Positions 62,494 to 64,000 of a stretch of DNA of 64,000 nt are shown here, piece after piece (within the stretch, counting starts at the first letter, position 1; each line of letters opens with the position of its first letter). The position numbers and the translations under genes were made by a program. The notes beneath the pieces are model-generated. The model did not search any database. It was not told where the DNA came from and saw nothing but the letters and a program-made list of their open reading frames with translations. This DNA is from Vitrella brassicaformis CCMP3155 (Eukaryota; Protista; Chromerida): NCBI GenBank assembly GCA_001179505.1, contig CDMY01000411.1, positions 1 to 64,000 of the forward strand, given 5' to 3'.

Positions 62494-62745
62494 CTAATGA
62501 GAAGGGCATGATAAATGCTACCCGAACACTTTCAACCACCATTGACAAAGCAATTACATAGACGTGTTGGCCTTCCTTTCTGTCCCCGCTCTTTCCCTCT
62601 GTTTCTCCCTCACGTTGCGTTCAGAGGAAAAGAGCGGCTCCACGTTGGGTTGCGTTAAGTGATTCAGTCCAAACCGACACTTCGATGCTGACATCTCCGA
62701 CATGGGTAGTTATAGGACTGTGACGATTACCTGTAGCCAGCACCC

Positions 62746-63712
62746 TCACTCAGTAGAAGAGCTTCTTATCCAGATTGAGGTCAAACCGGCTGGCGATTGA
62801 AATACGAATCGCGGCCATAGGGGTATCCTCTTGATCGCATCCTGATACGGTTCGCGCTCCGCATTATCGACAACGAGGATTCCCCCGATGCTCAGCAAGC
62901 CTTTTTTCAGCACATACTCGATGCACTTTCCCCGGTGTCTTCCGTCTACGGATATGACGTCGAAGGTCCTGTCTGTTGAAGCGGTGTCAAGCACTTCTAC
63001 ATATTTCGGGTCGTCCATATGGCGGTGGCGAAAAGTCCATTTTCTCTGGAGCCGCGGGTAGTGTTTCCTGATGGTCTGCTCTGTATGCGTAACCCAGCTG
63101 CAAAGACACACAGAGGTAGAGAGAGAGGGGAGGAGAGGGATGGCGGCACCTGTCGTATGCGTGCTGGAGCATACCTCTCGCTGTCTTCGATGGTTGTCAA
63201 GGAGGAGACATGCAAGAGAAGAAAAAGAGTCCTCGAGCCACTGCCCCTGAACGTGAAGTAAGTGTATAGAATCCAAATTGAGACAGACAGTAGGTGTACC
63301 ATTCGAGTGCAGTCATATCGGTGCGAAGGATAAATTGCATAAACATCACAGCATCGCGAGTCCACCACGGCTCGCATATATTTCCCACTGATGACGGACC
63401 GTGCTTTCGGCTCTTCGGCCTCCCGCCAATTCCAGCAGGGCAAAGATTGACGAAAACGACCCGATTGTCTCGGTAATTCTTGATCTTTGTTTGGGCACTC
63501 AGCGCGCTCAAAATGACCGCTGACGGAGGAGATCCGAGCTGCTGACTTGAGTTCACCACCGTCCCATTGACATGAGTGTCCAATCGCCTGTCACGCCTCC
63601 GTGACATGGAGAGAGCTGATTTGCGGCCGCTGAGAGACCAATAAACAAAGTAGAGCACCAGCAGCCAGACCGCTCCCGTGGCTGCCGCGCCCACCGACCT
63701 TGCCCCGCTCAT
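62746..63712 (-). CDS. Type II membrane class I SAM-dependent methyltransferase
   Basis: N-terminal TM; EPWW..., spliced ALEW|GSGSRT, FDVISVDGRHR and GGILVVDNAER. Confidence 0.8.
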
Positions 63713-63713
63713 T

Positions 63714-64000
63714 TCAATTTCCTCGCCATGAGTAAATCTGGGTTGTCCGGGAAAGGAAGTTTACCACGTCGGCACATTTACGAATCTTTAGTACAATTAC
63801 CATTCCTTGAGTTTTGCGCATTTTTACAATGGACACTCTTCTGACTTCCTCTTCTTCCCTGCCCTCGTGCTCAAAGCCGTCTTCTTGGCTCTCTTCTTCG
63901 CTTGTCTCGTCGCTCCTTTCGTCACCGACTTCCACCATCGAGCCAACCCCTCGTTACCGTCGAGCGGGTGTGACATGTTCGTGTCGCCCGTCATGTCGAC
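63714..64000 (-). CDS. Possible 3' end of a gene entering from beyond the window
   Basis: Acidic low-complexity ORF only. Confidence 0.25.

Noticed and set aside
23132-63712. Bacterial polysaccharide operon or contaminant contig
   Set aside because: The genes carry spliceosomal introns and signal or TM anchors, face both directions, and are interleaved with eukaryote-specific genes.
1-64000. tRNA, rRNA, snRNA genes and intact transposase/RT ORFs
   Set aside because: No recognisable signatures by eye; tRNAscan-SE, Infernal and RepeatMasker would be needed to exclude them.

Overview
Intron-rich eukaryotic genomic DNA, with short GT-AG introns carrying (TGTC)n, (GATG)n and (ATTC)n microsatellites. 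The style resembles the chromerid alveolate Vitrella brassicaformis; this is inferred from sequence style and was not verified. About 20 multi-exon genes were reconstructed by eye, so outer coordinates are approximate. Recognisable genes are a ~16 kb polycystin-1-like gene (signal peptide, WSC, Cys-rich repeat, REJ-like region, GPS, TM segments), PABPN1, an ANP32-like gene, a CHMP7-like gene and TRM1. From 23 to 64 kb there are eight glycan-modifying genes (GT61, GT64, methyltransferase+GT77, EGF+methyltransferase, PLOD-type GT, GT31/Fringe-like, GT2-like and a membrane-anchored methyltransferase). The main discovery: five of these genes (here A-E) share the same ~300-aa signal-peptide-bearing N-terminal domain that I cannot assign to a family. 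Each joins it, at an intron just after the domain's last helix, to a different catalytic module. The five copies show a repeated head-to-head arrangement, mosaic gene conversion, intron loss and GC-AG introns. No rRNA, tRNA, CRISPR array or intact transposase was recognised.
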